In this document: positions 1 to 8,490 of the stretch, one piece after another | Position numbering within the stretch: position 1 is the stretch's first letter | Layout: each line of letters begins with the position of its first letter | Source: Nitrospinales bacterium | Lineage (GTDB): Bacteria > Nitrospinota > Nitrospinia > Nitrospinales > JAJDAT01 | Assembly (NCBI GenBank): GCA_046757665.1 | Contig: JBHHYO010000040.1 | Location: forward strand, 1-23,964 | Reading direction: 5' to 3' | DNA length: 23,964 nucleotides | Made by a program: the position numbers and the translations under genes | Notes under the pieces: generated by a model | The model's input: only the letters and a program-made list of their open reading frames with translations | Database searches by the model: none | Told to the model about the DNA's origin: nothing

Positions 1-1
1 C

Positions 2-112
2 CTGCCGCCGATTATCCTTGCGGTTTCAACGCTTATTCTTGGGTTGTGTATACCTTCTTTCTTGAAGGATATTCTTAACCTTTTTGCGAGCACCCTGGGA
101 GGCGGTTTATGA
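2..112 (+). CDS. 3' end of hydrophobic membrane subunit, probably HyfF/NuoL-like antiporter subunit of the hydrogenase-4-like (Ehr) complex; partial
   Basis: Frame from nt 2 reads LPPIILAVSTLILGLCIPSFLKDILNLFASTLGGGL*; its TGA (110-112) overlaps the ATG of the next gene (ATGA). Identity inferred from hydrophobicity and the usual hyfF-hyfG order. Confidence 0.6.
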   Translation: MPPIILAVSTLILGLCIPSFLKDILNLFASTLGGGL

Positions 113-1614
113 GCGCGAGCCCGATACTGCTGAAAAACGGTCAGGTGACGCCGCTTGCGGATATTCCCGTGGTCGAATTCGACGACATGCGCTCATACCT
201 TATCGACACGGTAAAAAATGGCGCCAAGGTGTCGAAATTTTTTGGCCACCAGAAGAGTTCCGGCCCCGTCAGGATTTATGCCGTTCTGGGGTTGCACGAC
301 AGCCATCAGATAGCGGTTATGGCGGCGGATGTCGGCGATTCTTATGCCTCCCTCACTCCGGAGTGCCCGCAATTTCACTTGTTCGAGCGGGAGGTTTATG
401 AGCAATACGGCGTCAAGCCGGAAGGCCATCCCTGGCTCAAACCGGTCCGGTTTCATAAACCCTATAATGATGCGAAAATCGACACGCCGCAGATAGGTGT
501 TACGGAATTTTTCCGGGTTGAAGGAGAAGAAATCCATGAGGTAAATGTTGGCCCGGTACATGCCGGCGTTATTGAGCCGGGTTGTTTCCGGTTTCAGTGC
601 CACGGCGAAGGAGTTTTTCATCTTGAGATCTCCCTAGGGTACCAGCATCGGGGTATCGAGAGAGCGGTGATGGGGGGTCCGCACAGAATCACTTTGTGGC
701 AAATGGAAACCATAGCGGGCGATATGACCGTCGGCCATACGACAGCCTACTGCGAGGCGCTGGAGGCGCTTTCCGGAACTTTCGTGTCGGAACGGGCGAA
801 TGTTATCCGCGCCATCGGCCTGGAAATCGAAAGATTGACTTGTCACAATACCGATCTGGGCGCTCTTGCCCTGGACGTGGGGTATCTTCCCGTTGCCATG
901 TTCTGCGGCAGGCTTCGCGCCGAGCTGTTGAATTCCTCTGCCGAGATTTGCGGCAGTCGGTTCAGCCGCAGTATGGTTGTTCCCGGCGGTGTCGGGTGGG
1001 ATATCGATCCTCCTTGTCTGGACAGGCTGAGCAAAAAGCTGAAAAATGCCTTTCGGGAAATTTCCGGCGCGGTGGGTTTGATTTGGGACAAGCCGTCGAT
1101 GCTGACTTGGTTTGAAGGAACGGGCAGGGTGTCGACAGAAGATGCCGTGGGCGTTGGATTGGTCGGGCCGACCGGCCGGGCCGCCGGTATTCCGCGTGAT
1201 GTCCGAATCGATTACCCAACGGGTGCGTATGTCACCCATCCGATTCCCATTTCCGTGGCCGACAGAAAACCGGGCGACGTTTATTGGCGAGCCATGATCC
1301 GATGGATGGAAATGCAACGCTCCTACGATTTTATTATGAAAATGCTGGGTTCACTGCCTTCGGGAGAACTCTGCAATGAGGTGAAAACGCTGGCTCCCAA
1401 CAGCTTCGTTTGCACGCTGGTGGAGGGATGGCGCGGAGAAACGGTTCATGCCGTTATCACCGACGAGGCGGGGAAATTTGAGCGTTATAAAATAAAGGAC
1501 CCTTCATTTCACAATTGGCAGGGTCTCAGTCTTGCGCTACGCGGCGAGGAGATTTCTCACTTTCCGATCAACAACAAAAGTCACAATCTATCCTATTGCG
1601 GGTATGACTTGTAA
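109..1614 (+). CDS. HycE/HyfG-like large subunit (NuoC-NuoD fusion) lacking NiFe ligands; Ehr large subunit
   Basis: NuoC-like FEREVYEQYGVKPEGHP; NuoD-like VGPVHAGVIEPGCFRF, LGYQHRGIE, EGWRGE, KIKDPSFHNW. L1 position reads ETIAGD rather than RxCGxC and the C-terminus reads KSHNLSYCGYDL rather than DPCxxC. Confidence 0.9.
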   Translation: MSASPILLKNGQVTPLADIPVVEFDDMRSYLIDTVKNGAKVSKFFGHQKSSGPVRIYAVLGLHDSHQIAVMAADVGDSYASLTPECPQFHLFEREVYEQYGVKPEGHPWLKPVRFHKPYNDAKIDTPQIGVTEFFRVEGEEIHEVNVGPVHAGVIEPGCFRFQCHGEGVFHLEISLGYQHRGIERAVMGGPHRITLWQMETIAGDMTVGHTTAYCEALEALSGTFVSERANVIRAIGLEIERLTCHNTDLGALALDVGYLPVAMFCGRLRAELLNSSAEICGSRFSRSMVVPGGVGWDIDPPCLDRLSKKLKNAFREISGAVGLIWDKPSMLTWFEGTGRVSTEDAVGVGLVGPTGRAAGIPRDVRIDYPTGAYVTHPIPISVADRKPGDVYWRAMIRWMEMQRSYDFIMKMLGSLPSGELCNEVKTLAPNSFVCTLVEGWRGETVHAVITDEAGKFERYKIKDPSFHNWQGLSLALRGEEISHFPINNKSHNLSYCGYDL

Positions 1615-1623
1615 GGGATTTTC

Positions 1624-2406
1624 ATGTTAAAAGAACTCTTTGAAAGATTTCGGCAGGGGCACCATACGACGGTTTATCCCGATAAATATCCGGGCGTCTA
1701 CGAGCGCTACCGGGGTACGCCGAAAATCGACAGTTCAAAATGTGTGGACGATTGCAAGGCCTGTATTGACGCTTGCCCGACAGAAGTGATTTCCAAAGAC
1801 AACGGTCGGGTGAAAATAGACCTTGGCAACTGCCTGTTCTGCGTAGAGTGTGAAAGAGCTTGCCCTGAGGGCGCCATCCGCTACACCAAGGACCTGTATT
1901 GTTGCGCCAGCAAGAAGGAGGACCTGGTTATCAGTGATGAAGGTCTGAAACTTGCTTCCGGTATGGAAGAAAAGCTGGTAAAGCTCTACCAGGGGTCCTT
2001 CGGCATTCGCCAGGTCAGCGCCGCGGGTTGCATGGGTTGCGAAGCCGAGGTGAACGCGACGCAAAATATCGTGTTCGACACCACGCGGTTTGGCATTCAT
2101 GTGGTTGCCTCGCCCCGCCACGCGGACGCAATACTGGTGACCGGCCCGGTTTCGGAGAACATGCGGTTGGCGCTCAAAAAGACCTACGATTCCGTTCCGA
2201 AACCGACCATCGTAATTTCCGCCGGCGCTTGCGCCATAGCGGGCGGGCCGTTCCGCGGCAACTCGGAACAGCATAACGGCGCGGATGGCACGGTTCCCGT
2301 GGACCTTTACATTCCTGGATGCCCGCCCCATCCGATCACCATTGTCGATGGGCTTCTGAGGTTGTTGGGGTACAAAGTTGCGGCGGGCGAAGCCACGAGG
2401 GTTTGA
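1624..2406 (+). CDS. Fused 2x[4Fe-4S] ferredoxin (HycF/NuoI-like) and NuoB/HycG-like small subunit
   Basis: CVDDCKACIDACP and CLFCVECERACP ferredoxin motifs, then CMGCEAE, SPRHADAILVTGPV, GACA and YIPGCPP of the NuoB/HycG family. Confidence 0.9.
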   Translation: MLKELFERFRQGHHTTVYPDKYPGVYERYRGTPKIDSSKCVDDCKACIDACPTEVISKDNGRVKIDLGNCLFCVECERACPEGAIRYTKDLYCCASKKEDLVISDEGLKLASGMEEKLVKLYQGSFGIRQVSAAGCMGCEAEVNATQNIVFDTTRFGIHVVASPRHADAILVTGPVSENMRLALKKTYDSVPKPTIVISAGACAIAGGPFRGNSEQHNGADGTVPVDLYIPGCPPHPITIVDGLLRLLGYKVAAGEATRV

Positions 2407-2442
2407 GCCGCCAAGATACCGATTTCCGCCCACCCGGACTTG

Positions 2443-2472
2443 CCGCCGCAGTGTTTGCGGCGGTTATTTTTT
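2443..2472 (+). terminator. Rho-independent terminator of the hyf/ehr-like operon
   Basis: 8-bp stem CCGCCGCA/TGCGGCGG with GTGTT loop followed by TTATTTTTT; T-tract overlaps the convergent mltA stop codon. Confidence 0.7.
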
Positions 2473-3828
2473 GATCAGAAAAAACATTTCCCCCGTTTCC
2501 ATGTAGTGTCCCGCCGCCGCGCCGGCTCGGTCGCCGACGCCGAAATACAAGTCCACCCGCCTTGGCCCCTTGATGGCGCTTCCCGTGTCCTGGTTAACCA
2601 CGAAGCGCGAGAATTTTTTCCACCCCGTGATTTCATCGTTGTCATTGAGCGCCGGTTTTTTGGCCATGATAAAGGCCAGGGCGCCCGGAGGATAAAAAAC
2701 CGGGTCGGTAGCGATAGACCGTCCGGCAACCACTTCGGCGCCGCTGGAACCGCGCGGTTTGCCGTCGGTTAATTCGAAAAAAATGTAGCGTTTGTTCTGG
2801 AAAAGATACTTCTCGATGTCCCAGGGATGATCCTCGAAATATTTCTTGATTCCCTGCATGGAACCTTGTGAGGGTTCAAGGACTCCGTCGCGAAGCATCA
2901 GTTTTCCGATAGTCTGGTAGGAATAGCCGTTGGATCCCGCATAGCGGACTCCCTCCCGGGTGCCGTCCAGATATTCGAGGATGCCGGAACCCTGAATGTG
3001 GAGGAAATATCTTTCCAGGTCATTTTTCAGCCAGGCGATTTCCAAGTTTTCATTTTGCAAAATCCGGTGGCCGTCAATGTCTTCGCGGGTGAAGTTGGGG
3101 TCGTCTTTTTCCAGATATGCGACGGTGTGCGTTTCGTTCGGCAACCACTGTTGATGCATGTATTGGTCCCTGGTCAAGCTTTTCGGCATTTGATAGAGCG
3201 GGTAATTGTACTCCTCCCACTTGAAACGGCTGGCGGAAATGATGGGGGTGTAATATCCCGTAAAAACGATTGGGCGGTTTTTGTCCTTGTTCGCGGCGTA
3301 AAAGATAAATGACTGTTTCAGCTTTTGGGTGAATTCTCCCGGGGGCAATTTTTGGTTCAGCAGGTCCAAAAACTCTTCGAGGGTGATTTTTAATCGGCCC
3401 AGAGTCATGGTGAGGGAGCCCAGGGTTACGGTTTGACGCAGATCCTGGCCGCGCAAAATCGCCAAATAATTTTCGACCGCTTGCGCCAGAGAATTTGTGT
3501 CCAAGTCGTCCGTTAAAATTTCCGGCAGTTCCTTGGCATCGTCAGAGGAGTCCAGGGAGGGGAAATTCTGGATTGTTTCGGCGGGCCGGGAATTCGGCTC
3601 AGGTTGTTGACGCGCGGATACGGCAGGCGGCGGAGTGAGTAAAACGGGGGCATTGGGCAAAGGGTCCGAGTAAGCGACTTCTGCCTTCTGTGCAGGAAAA
3701 TGGGATGGAAACAGGACGCAGGAATTTAACGTAAAACATTCCAGGAGTATCAGGTTGGCGAAGACAAACTTTGAAAAGCGTGAAGCTCGAGGGCGTTTGG
3801 GAAAAATAGAGAACAACATGCTCCGCAT
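2464..3828 (-). CDS. mltA: Membrane-bound lytic murein transglycosylase A (MltA/3D domain), probable lipoprotein
   Basis: FTGYYTP, YFLHIQGSG, YAGSNGYSY, RSIATDP, QDTGSAIKGPRRVDLYFGVG motifs; lipobox-like LNSC. Start taken as ATG 3828 (alternative 3819) because the longer ORF runs into rnhA. Confidence 0.9.
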   Translation of the reverse strand: MRSMLFSIFPKRPRASRFSKFVFANLILLECFTLNSCVLFPSHFPAQKAEVAYSDPLPNAPVLLTPPPAVSARQQPEPNSRPAETIQNFPSLDSSDDAKELPEILTDDLDTNSLAQAVENYLAILRGQDLRQTVTLGSLTMTLGRLKITLEEFLDLLNQKLPPGEFTQKLKQSFIFYAANKDKNRPIVFTGYYTPIISASRFKWEEYNYPLYQMPKSLTRDQYMHQQWLPNETHTVAYLEKDDPNFTREDIDGHRILQNENLEIAWLKNDLERYFLHIQGSGILEYLDGTREGVRYAGSNGYSYQTIGKLMLRDGVLEPSQGSMQGIKKYFEDHPWDIEKYLFQNKRYIFFELTDGKPRGSSGAEVVAGRSIATDPVFYPPGALAFIMAKKPALNDNDEITGWKKFSRFVVNQDTGSAIKGPRRVDLYFGVGDRAGAAAGHYMETGEMFFLIKK

Positions 3829-3842
3829 CGGCGGTTCCAAAT

Positions 3843-4274
3843 TCAGAGTGAACTCAGGGCTTGATTGGCCAACTCGTCGCAACGCTCGTTTTCCGGATGT
3901 CCGGAATGGCCTTTGATCCAGTGCCAGGAAATCTTGTGTTTTTGATTCAAGCGATGCAGTTCCTGCCAAAGGGACTTGTTTTTCACCGGCTGGCGGGAGG
4001 AGTTGACCCAGCCGTTTTTCAGCCAGCCGTGAATCCAACCGGTTATTCCTTTAATGACGTATTGGGAGTCCGTCGTCAGTTCCACTTCGCAAGGTTCTTT
4101 CAACTCGCTCAGAGCCTTGATGACGGCCGTCATTTCCATGATATTGTTCGTTGTTTTCTTTTCGGCTCCGGTGAGTTCCCTGACTTTACCATTATGCTTG
4201 AGAATACAGCCATATCCCCCAGGGCCGGGGTTTCCCTTGCAACATCCGTCTGTGAAAATCTGGATTTTTTTCAT
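3843..4274 (-). CDS. rnhA: Ribonuclease HI
   Basis: IFTDGCCKGNPGPGGYG, TTNNIMEM, TDSQYV, WIKGHSGHPENERCDELA; start set at MKKIQIFTDG (ATG 4274). Confidence 0.97.
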   Translation of the reverse strand: MKKIQIFTDGCCKGNPGPGGYGCILKHNGKVRELTGAEKKTTNNIMEMTAVIKALSELKEPCEVELTTDSQYVIKGITGWIHGWLKNGWVNSSRQPVKNKSLWQELHRLNQKHKISWHWIKGHSGHPENERCDELANQALSSL

Positions 4275-4556
4275 AATAAACCGGCAAAATCTCATTGAAA
4301 CAACAAGCCGTGTGTTGCTTGGAGCGATTTATCGCTTCTGCTACCTCGCAAGACTTGCAAATTAAATATACCATATTTTCGGCAAAAAAATATTTTTGAA
4401 AAAATGCGGCCTGTTACTATGTATAGACGATTTCTTCATGTATAGTAAAAGAGATGCAGGCCTCAAAACTGCCGAACTGTTGGATGAGTGAATCTGCCGA
4501 TGCGATGTGGAGCGAGCGGATTTGCAAAGCCGGGCAAGTCGGAAGGAAAGGCGATT

Positions 4557-5078
4557 ATGACCGCATCCGAAACAAAACCTCGGATCAATTTTCAGTGCTG
4601 TGACGCGATTCAAATCAGTTTGAGCATTGAGAAAGAAGGATTGGCTTTTTACAAGAAAGCCGTCCAAAATGCCAAAAACCAGGATGTGAAAAACCTGTTT
4701 GCTCAACTGATCGAGGAAGAGGAAGAACACATCCGAATATTGCGCGTCAAGGAAAAGTGCCTGTTGCCTGCTTTAAAGAGCAAGTCGGATGTGTTTCGGC
4801 AGGATCTGGATTTGTTTATCTCGCAGGAATTAAAAGGCAGGATATTCCCCCCCGTCAAGGGAAAGCTGGCGAAGGTTCCCGACGTGGAATACGATTTTGA
4901 AGCTTTGGACTTTGGGATTGAGTCGGAGAAGCGCTCCATCGCTGTTTTGAGTGAACTGTTGCATCAGGAAAGAAAAATCGATGTCAGAGTTATCTTCGGC
5001 CATCTTGTGGTTGAGGAGAAAAGGCACTTGGCGGCTTTGCGGGAGCTGAGAAAAAAACTGCCGCGCCAATCTGTTTGA
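4557..5078 (+). CDS. Ferritin-like/rubrerythrin-family di-iron protein without rubredoxin domain
   Basis: IEKEGLAFY...EEEEH and ESEKRSI...EEKRH repeat of E/ExxH ligands; start set at ATG 4557 after purine-rich GGAAGGAAAGG. Confidence 0.8.
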   Translation: MTASETKPRINFQCCDAIQISLSIEKEGLAFYKKAVQNAKNQDVKNLFAQLIEEEEEHIRILRVKEKCLLPALKSKSDVFRQDLDLFISQELKGRIFPPVKGKLAKVPDVEYDFEALDFGIESEKRSIAVLSELLHQERKIDVRVIFGHLVVEEKRHLAALRELRKKLPRQSV

Positions 5079-5432
5079 ATCGATTGTTTTGCTTGCAGAG
5101 GTCCTGGATCGGCCGTCGTTTCACCATTCCGTTGCTTAATGAGGTGCAGGAATAATACTTTGCCTTGCCCGATGCGCGGGGGGATCGGACGGTGGAGGAT
5201 CAAGAGATCAGGGCCGTTAACGATTTATAACCGGAGCCAATGCCTTTCAAACTTGTGCAGGGGCTGTCTTCCGGCTTGACGGGGCAGGCTTGGATCCAAT
5301 AAGCTTCAGCTTCCTATCTCTTTTTTTGGCCTTTCGAGGGCGCAAAAAATCGAAATTACGTGTCAATTTATAAGATTGTTTTTCCACGGAGCCGGGATTT
5401 CCTGGGGGCCTTTGCCCCAGTCAGGAAAAGGT

Positions 5433-5462
5433 TTGACAGCCCGCAGTTTGGTGGTTTATAGT
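5433..5462 (+). promoter_or_regulatory. Sigma70-type promoter of the for operon
   Basis: TTGACA (5433-5438), 18-bp spacer, TATAGT (5457-5462), 38 nt upstream of ATG 5501. Confidence 0.7.
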
Positions 5463-5500
5463 GATGGCTCCTAACCCTAAGAAAGAAAAGGATTAAAAGC

Positions 5501-6148
5501 ATGAGTCAGTATAAAGTTGTGGCGGGCCCAGAGGCCTACCTCCCGCCCGCAGCGGCGGCGATGGGAATTGTTTTGCCGGATCCGGGCGAAGGGCTTATTG
5601 AGGGAAAAGTGGTTTCGGAAGAAGAGGCGGTGGAACATGCCGCAAGAAAGCTGTTGGGAGCAAAAGTGCCCACTATTTTCCCCGGTCCGCTGGTGCTCTG
5701 GAGTTGGAACGAGGAAGCAGAGGGATTGGCGACCGCTATCCGCAAGTTGGCCAATGCCGTTCCTGCGCGTCTTATTCCCATGGCGGATTATCGCCCCAAG
5801 TACCCCAAGATTGACCCGGCGGTTGAGATTAATCCCAATCATCCCAACCTGACCATTTGGCACAACAACATTGATGTTTGCATGTTCATTGGCGTTCACT
5901 GCCACATGTCCAATCTGGCTTTAAAAATTATTCGCGGCGGCACGAATTGCTACACTATTGCGTTCTGCCTCCAGTGCGGACATGAAGATGCCTGCACGAC
6001 GATGCGCGATGCCACCCCGGAGTCGGTCATGAAACTGGTTGCGGCCGTTGAAAAGCTGAAGAGCCAGGGCGTAAAAAGTCAGGCTTTACCATACACTCAG
6101 TTTAAGCACGTCCCCAAATGGAAGCAAACATCGGGGAATGGAAATTGA
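5501..6148 (+). CDS. forD: Five-subunit 2-oxoacid:ferredoxin oxidoreductase, delta subunit (CODH-beta-like family)
   Basis: GPEAYLPPAAAAMG, PTIFPGPLVLW, MADYRPKYPKIDP, NPNHPNLTIWHN, GVHCH; first gene of a D-A-B-G-E cluster as in Hydrogenobacter forDABGE. Confidence 0.75.
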   Translation: MSQYKVVAGPEAYLPPAAAAMGIVLPDPGEGLIEGKVVSEEEAVEHAARKLLGAKVPTIFPGPLVLWSWNEEAEGLATAIRKLANAVPARLIPMADYRPKYPKIDPAVEINPNHPNLTIWHNNIDVCMFIGVHCHMSNLALKIIRGGTNCYTIAFCLQCGHEDACTTMRDATPESVMKLVAAVEKLKSQGVKSQALPYTQFKHVPKWKQTSGNGN

Positions 6149-6226
6149 ACGTGGTGTTTTATTGTGTAACTTACCGATTGTCAGTGGGCGTTTGGCCTGC
6201 TTGAACTATTTCAGGGAGCGATCATT

Positions 6227-7465
6227 ATGAATAAACCAGTGACTCCTAGTACGCGAAAAATTCTCCAGTCGCCGAATGTGAACATCGGCCAAAAAAACCA
6301 GAAGGACCAGACGTTTACCGACCCGAATGACTTTTTCTTCGAAACAGAGAGGAAAAAAAGCTTTTTGACCGGTAGCGAGGTAATCCGGGAAGCCATTCGC
6401 ATTGCCAGCGTGGATATTTCGGTGGCCTATCCGATCACGCCGCAGAGTGAAGCGGCGGCGCTGATTGGCGAATTGTTCGCCGACGGTTATTTGAAGGATT
6501 ATTTTCGAGGTGAGAGCGAGTTTGCCGTGATGGGCCAGTGTGCGGGCGCGTCTTTCGGCGGCGCCAGAGTGTTTACCACCACTGCGGGTCCGGGAACCAT
6601 GCGGGCGTTCGAAAATTTTCCCATGTGGGCCGGGGCGCGTTTGCCCATCCAGGTTTGCGTGACCTGCCGCGGAATCAATTCGCCCTTGAGCATTCAGCCC
6701 GATACGCTGGAAATCTATTTCCTGCTGGAAACCGGAATGCTGATTTGGCACGCCGAGACGGCGCAAGACCTTTACGATTATATCCTCAAGGGATTTATCG
6801 TTGCGGAGCAACCTGACGTGCATCTGCCCATCGCGGTTTGTTGCGACGGTTTTTTCGTGACTCATACCAAAGATACGGTGGAGTTGATTCCGGAAAATGC
6901 TTGTTTGCCTCCGTATGATCCTTACCGGTCTCCGGTTCCGTGCATGGATATGGAAAACCCGCCGGTGCGCATGATGCGGGATCCGTTCGTCATGAAATCC
7001 AACTATATCCACTATGCCACCCACTCTTCCTGGCAACAGGAGATTCGAGCCGCCATTCAAAGGTCGCGGAAACACACCATCCCCATGCTGGATGGCCTCA
7101 TTGATACGGAAAATATCGATCGGGAGATTCTGATCGTGGGTTCCGGCACGGCGGTTTCCCAGGGGCGCGAGGCCATACGCCTTTTGGAGGCCGAGGGAAT
7201 AAAAGTAGGGTTGGTGAAAATTAAAACTTTGCGGCCGTTCCCCACTCAGGAAATCAGGGAAGCGACCGCCAACGCCAAACACATTTTTATTCCGGAATTC
7301 AATATGAGCGGCTGGTTGGGCCGCGAAGTGAAAGCCGTTATCCCGGACAACGACCGGGTTATCCTCGGTCCGCACGTGGCCGGAGGGATGACCTTGCCCT
7401 CGGAAGTGATCGTGGAAGAGATCAAAAAGTACCTTGGAATGGAAGCCACCGTCGTGGGCCGTTAG
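6227..7465 (+). CDS. forA: 2-oxoacid (probably 2-oxoglutarate):ferredoxin oxidoreductase, alpha subunit
   Basis: AYPITPQSE, ESEFAV, TTTAGPG motifs and transketolase-C-like KTLRPFP domain; RBS GGGAG. For versus Por call rests on gene order and recalled similarity. Confidence 0.85.
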   Translation: MNKPVTPSTRKILQSPNVNIGQKNQKDQTFTDPNDFFFETERKKSFLTGSEVIREAIRIASVDISVAYPITPQSEAAALIGELFADGYLKDYFRGESEFAVMGQCAGASFGGARVFTTTAGPGTMRAFENFPMWAGARLPIQVCVTCRGINSPLSIQPDTLEIYFLLETGMLIWHAETAQDLYDYILKGFIVAEQPDVHLPIAVCCDGFFVTHTKDTVELIPENACLPPYDPYRSPVPCMDMENPPVRMMRDPFVMKSNYIHYATHSSWQQEIRAAIQRSRKHTIPMLDGLIDTENIDREILIVGSGTAVSQGREAIRLLEAEGIKVGLVKIKTLRPFPTQEIREATANAKHIFIPEFNMSGWLGREVKAVIPDNDRVILGPHVAGGMTLPSEVIVEEIKKYLGMEATVVGR

Positions 7466-7539
7466 CCTTGTCCGGCGGTGTTTTGGTTCAATCGATTAAA
7501 CGGTGTTTCGTTTAATATCATAAAAAAAGGATACTCCTA

Positions 7540-8460
7540 ATGAGCAAAGAGAAAATACGCATCTGTGAGGATTTGTACGATATCATGCCTCCGGAATATC
7601 AAGACATGGTGGAAAATGCCACTTATGGGAAAGAAGGCCGGGGATGGAAGGATATCGGTTCCAGCAAGGAGCTTATAGAGCCACATTCCTTGTGCGCCGG
7701 GTGTCCGGAGTCCATCACCTTTCGATACATTCTGGCCAGTCTGCCCAATCCCGAAGATACCGTTATGGTGGGTTCTACGGGTTGCACCAGTCTGGTGTTC
7801 CCGCATGTCGCCATCCAGAACATTCATTCCTTGTTCGGCAATCAAAATGCCGTGGCTTCGGGATTGAAACGGGCCTTGAAGGTGCGGTTTCCCGACAAGG
7901 AAAAGGATGTTGTCGTTCTGGCGGGTGATGGCGCCACGGTGGATATCGGCTTGGACATGACGTTGCAGGCGTGGTTCCGCGGCGAAAAATTCACCACCAT
8001 CTGTTACGACAACGAACTGTACGCCAACACCGGCGGGCAGGAGAGTGGGTTGATGCAAAAAGGTTTCGTCTCCAAAATGGCCCCCGTCGGCAAGCAGTTC
8101 GACAAGGTCCGTATGCCGGAGATCGCCCGCGAATCGGGTTGTCAGTATGTGGTGATTATGACGGCGAGCAAACCCAACCGGGTTGAGAAAGCCGTCAGGA
8201 ACGCCGTGTTTGTTGCCCGCGAGCTGGGGCCGACCTACATTCAAATCTATACGCCCTGTATTCTGGAAATCGGCAAGCAAAGCATGGAAGGCTTGGACGA
8301 AATGAAGGATTCGGAAGGCATCGGCGGACGGTTCGCCTACCGGGAATACGTTACCGACGCCGCCAAGGAACTGATCGCGGAAATCGATGCCAAGGAGAAA
8401 GCGGCCAAAAAAGCCGCCAGAGAGGCCGCTAAAAAGGCTAAAGAAACGGCCCAGGTTTGA
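7540..8460 (+). CDS. forB: 2-oxoacid:ferredoxin oxidoreductase, beta (TPP-binding) subunit
   Basis: LCAGCPE, STGC, GDGA...DIG...YDNELYANTGGQ TPP-binding motif, YTPC. Confidence 0.88.
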   Translation: MSKEKIRICEDLYDIMPPEYQDMVENATYGKEGRGWKDIGSSKELIEPHSLCAGCPESITFRYILASLPNPEDTVMVGSTGCTSLVFPHVAIQNIHSLFGNQNAVASGLKRALKVRFPDKEKDVVVLAGDGATVDIGLDMTLQAWFRGEKFTTICYDNELYANTGGQESGLMQKGFVSKMAPVGKQFDKVRMPEIARESGCQYVVIMTASKPNRVEKAVRNAVFVARELGPTYIQIYTPCILEIGKQSMEGLDEMKDSEGIGGRFAYREYVTDAAKELIAEIDAKEKAAKKAAREAAKKAKETAQV

Positions 8461-8490
8461 GCCACCATAAAAGGAGATAAAGAGGTTTTT

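Noticed and set aside
109-1614. Calling this a functional [NiFe] hydrogenase or formate hydrogenlyase large subunit
   Set aside because: Both CxxC Ni-binding motifs are absent.
3829-4038. N-terminal extension of the 524-aa mltA ORF
   Set aside because: Overlaps rnhA on the same strand in another frame; the signal/lipobox region fits a start at 3828 or 3819.
4964-5203. 79-aa minus-strand ORF reaching into the intergenic gap
   Set aside because: No recognisable motif or RBS, and half of it is antisense to the ferritin-like gene.
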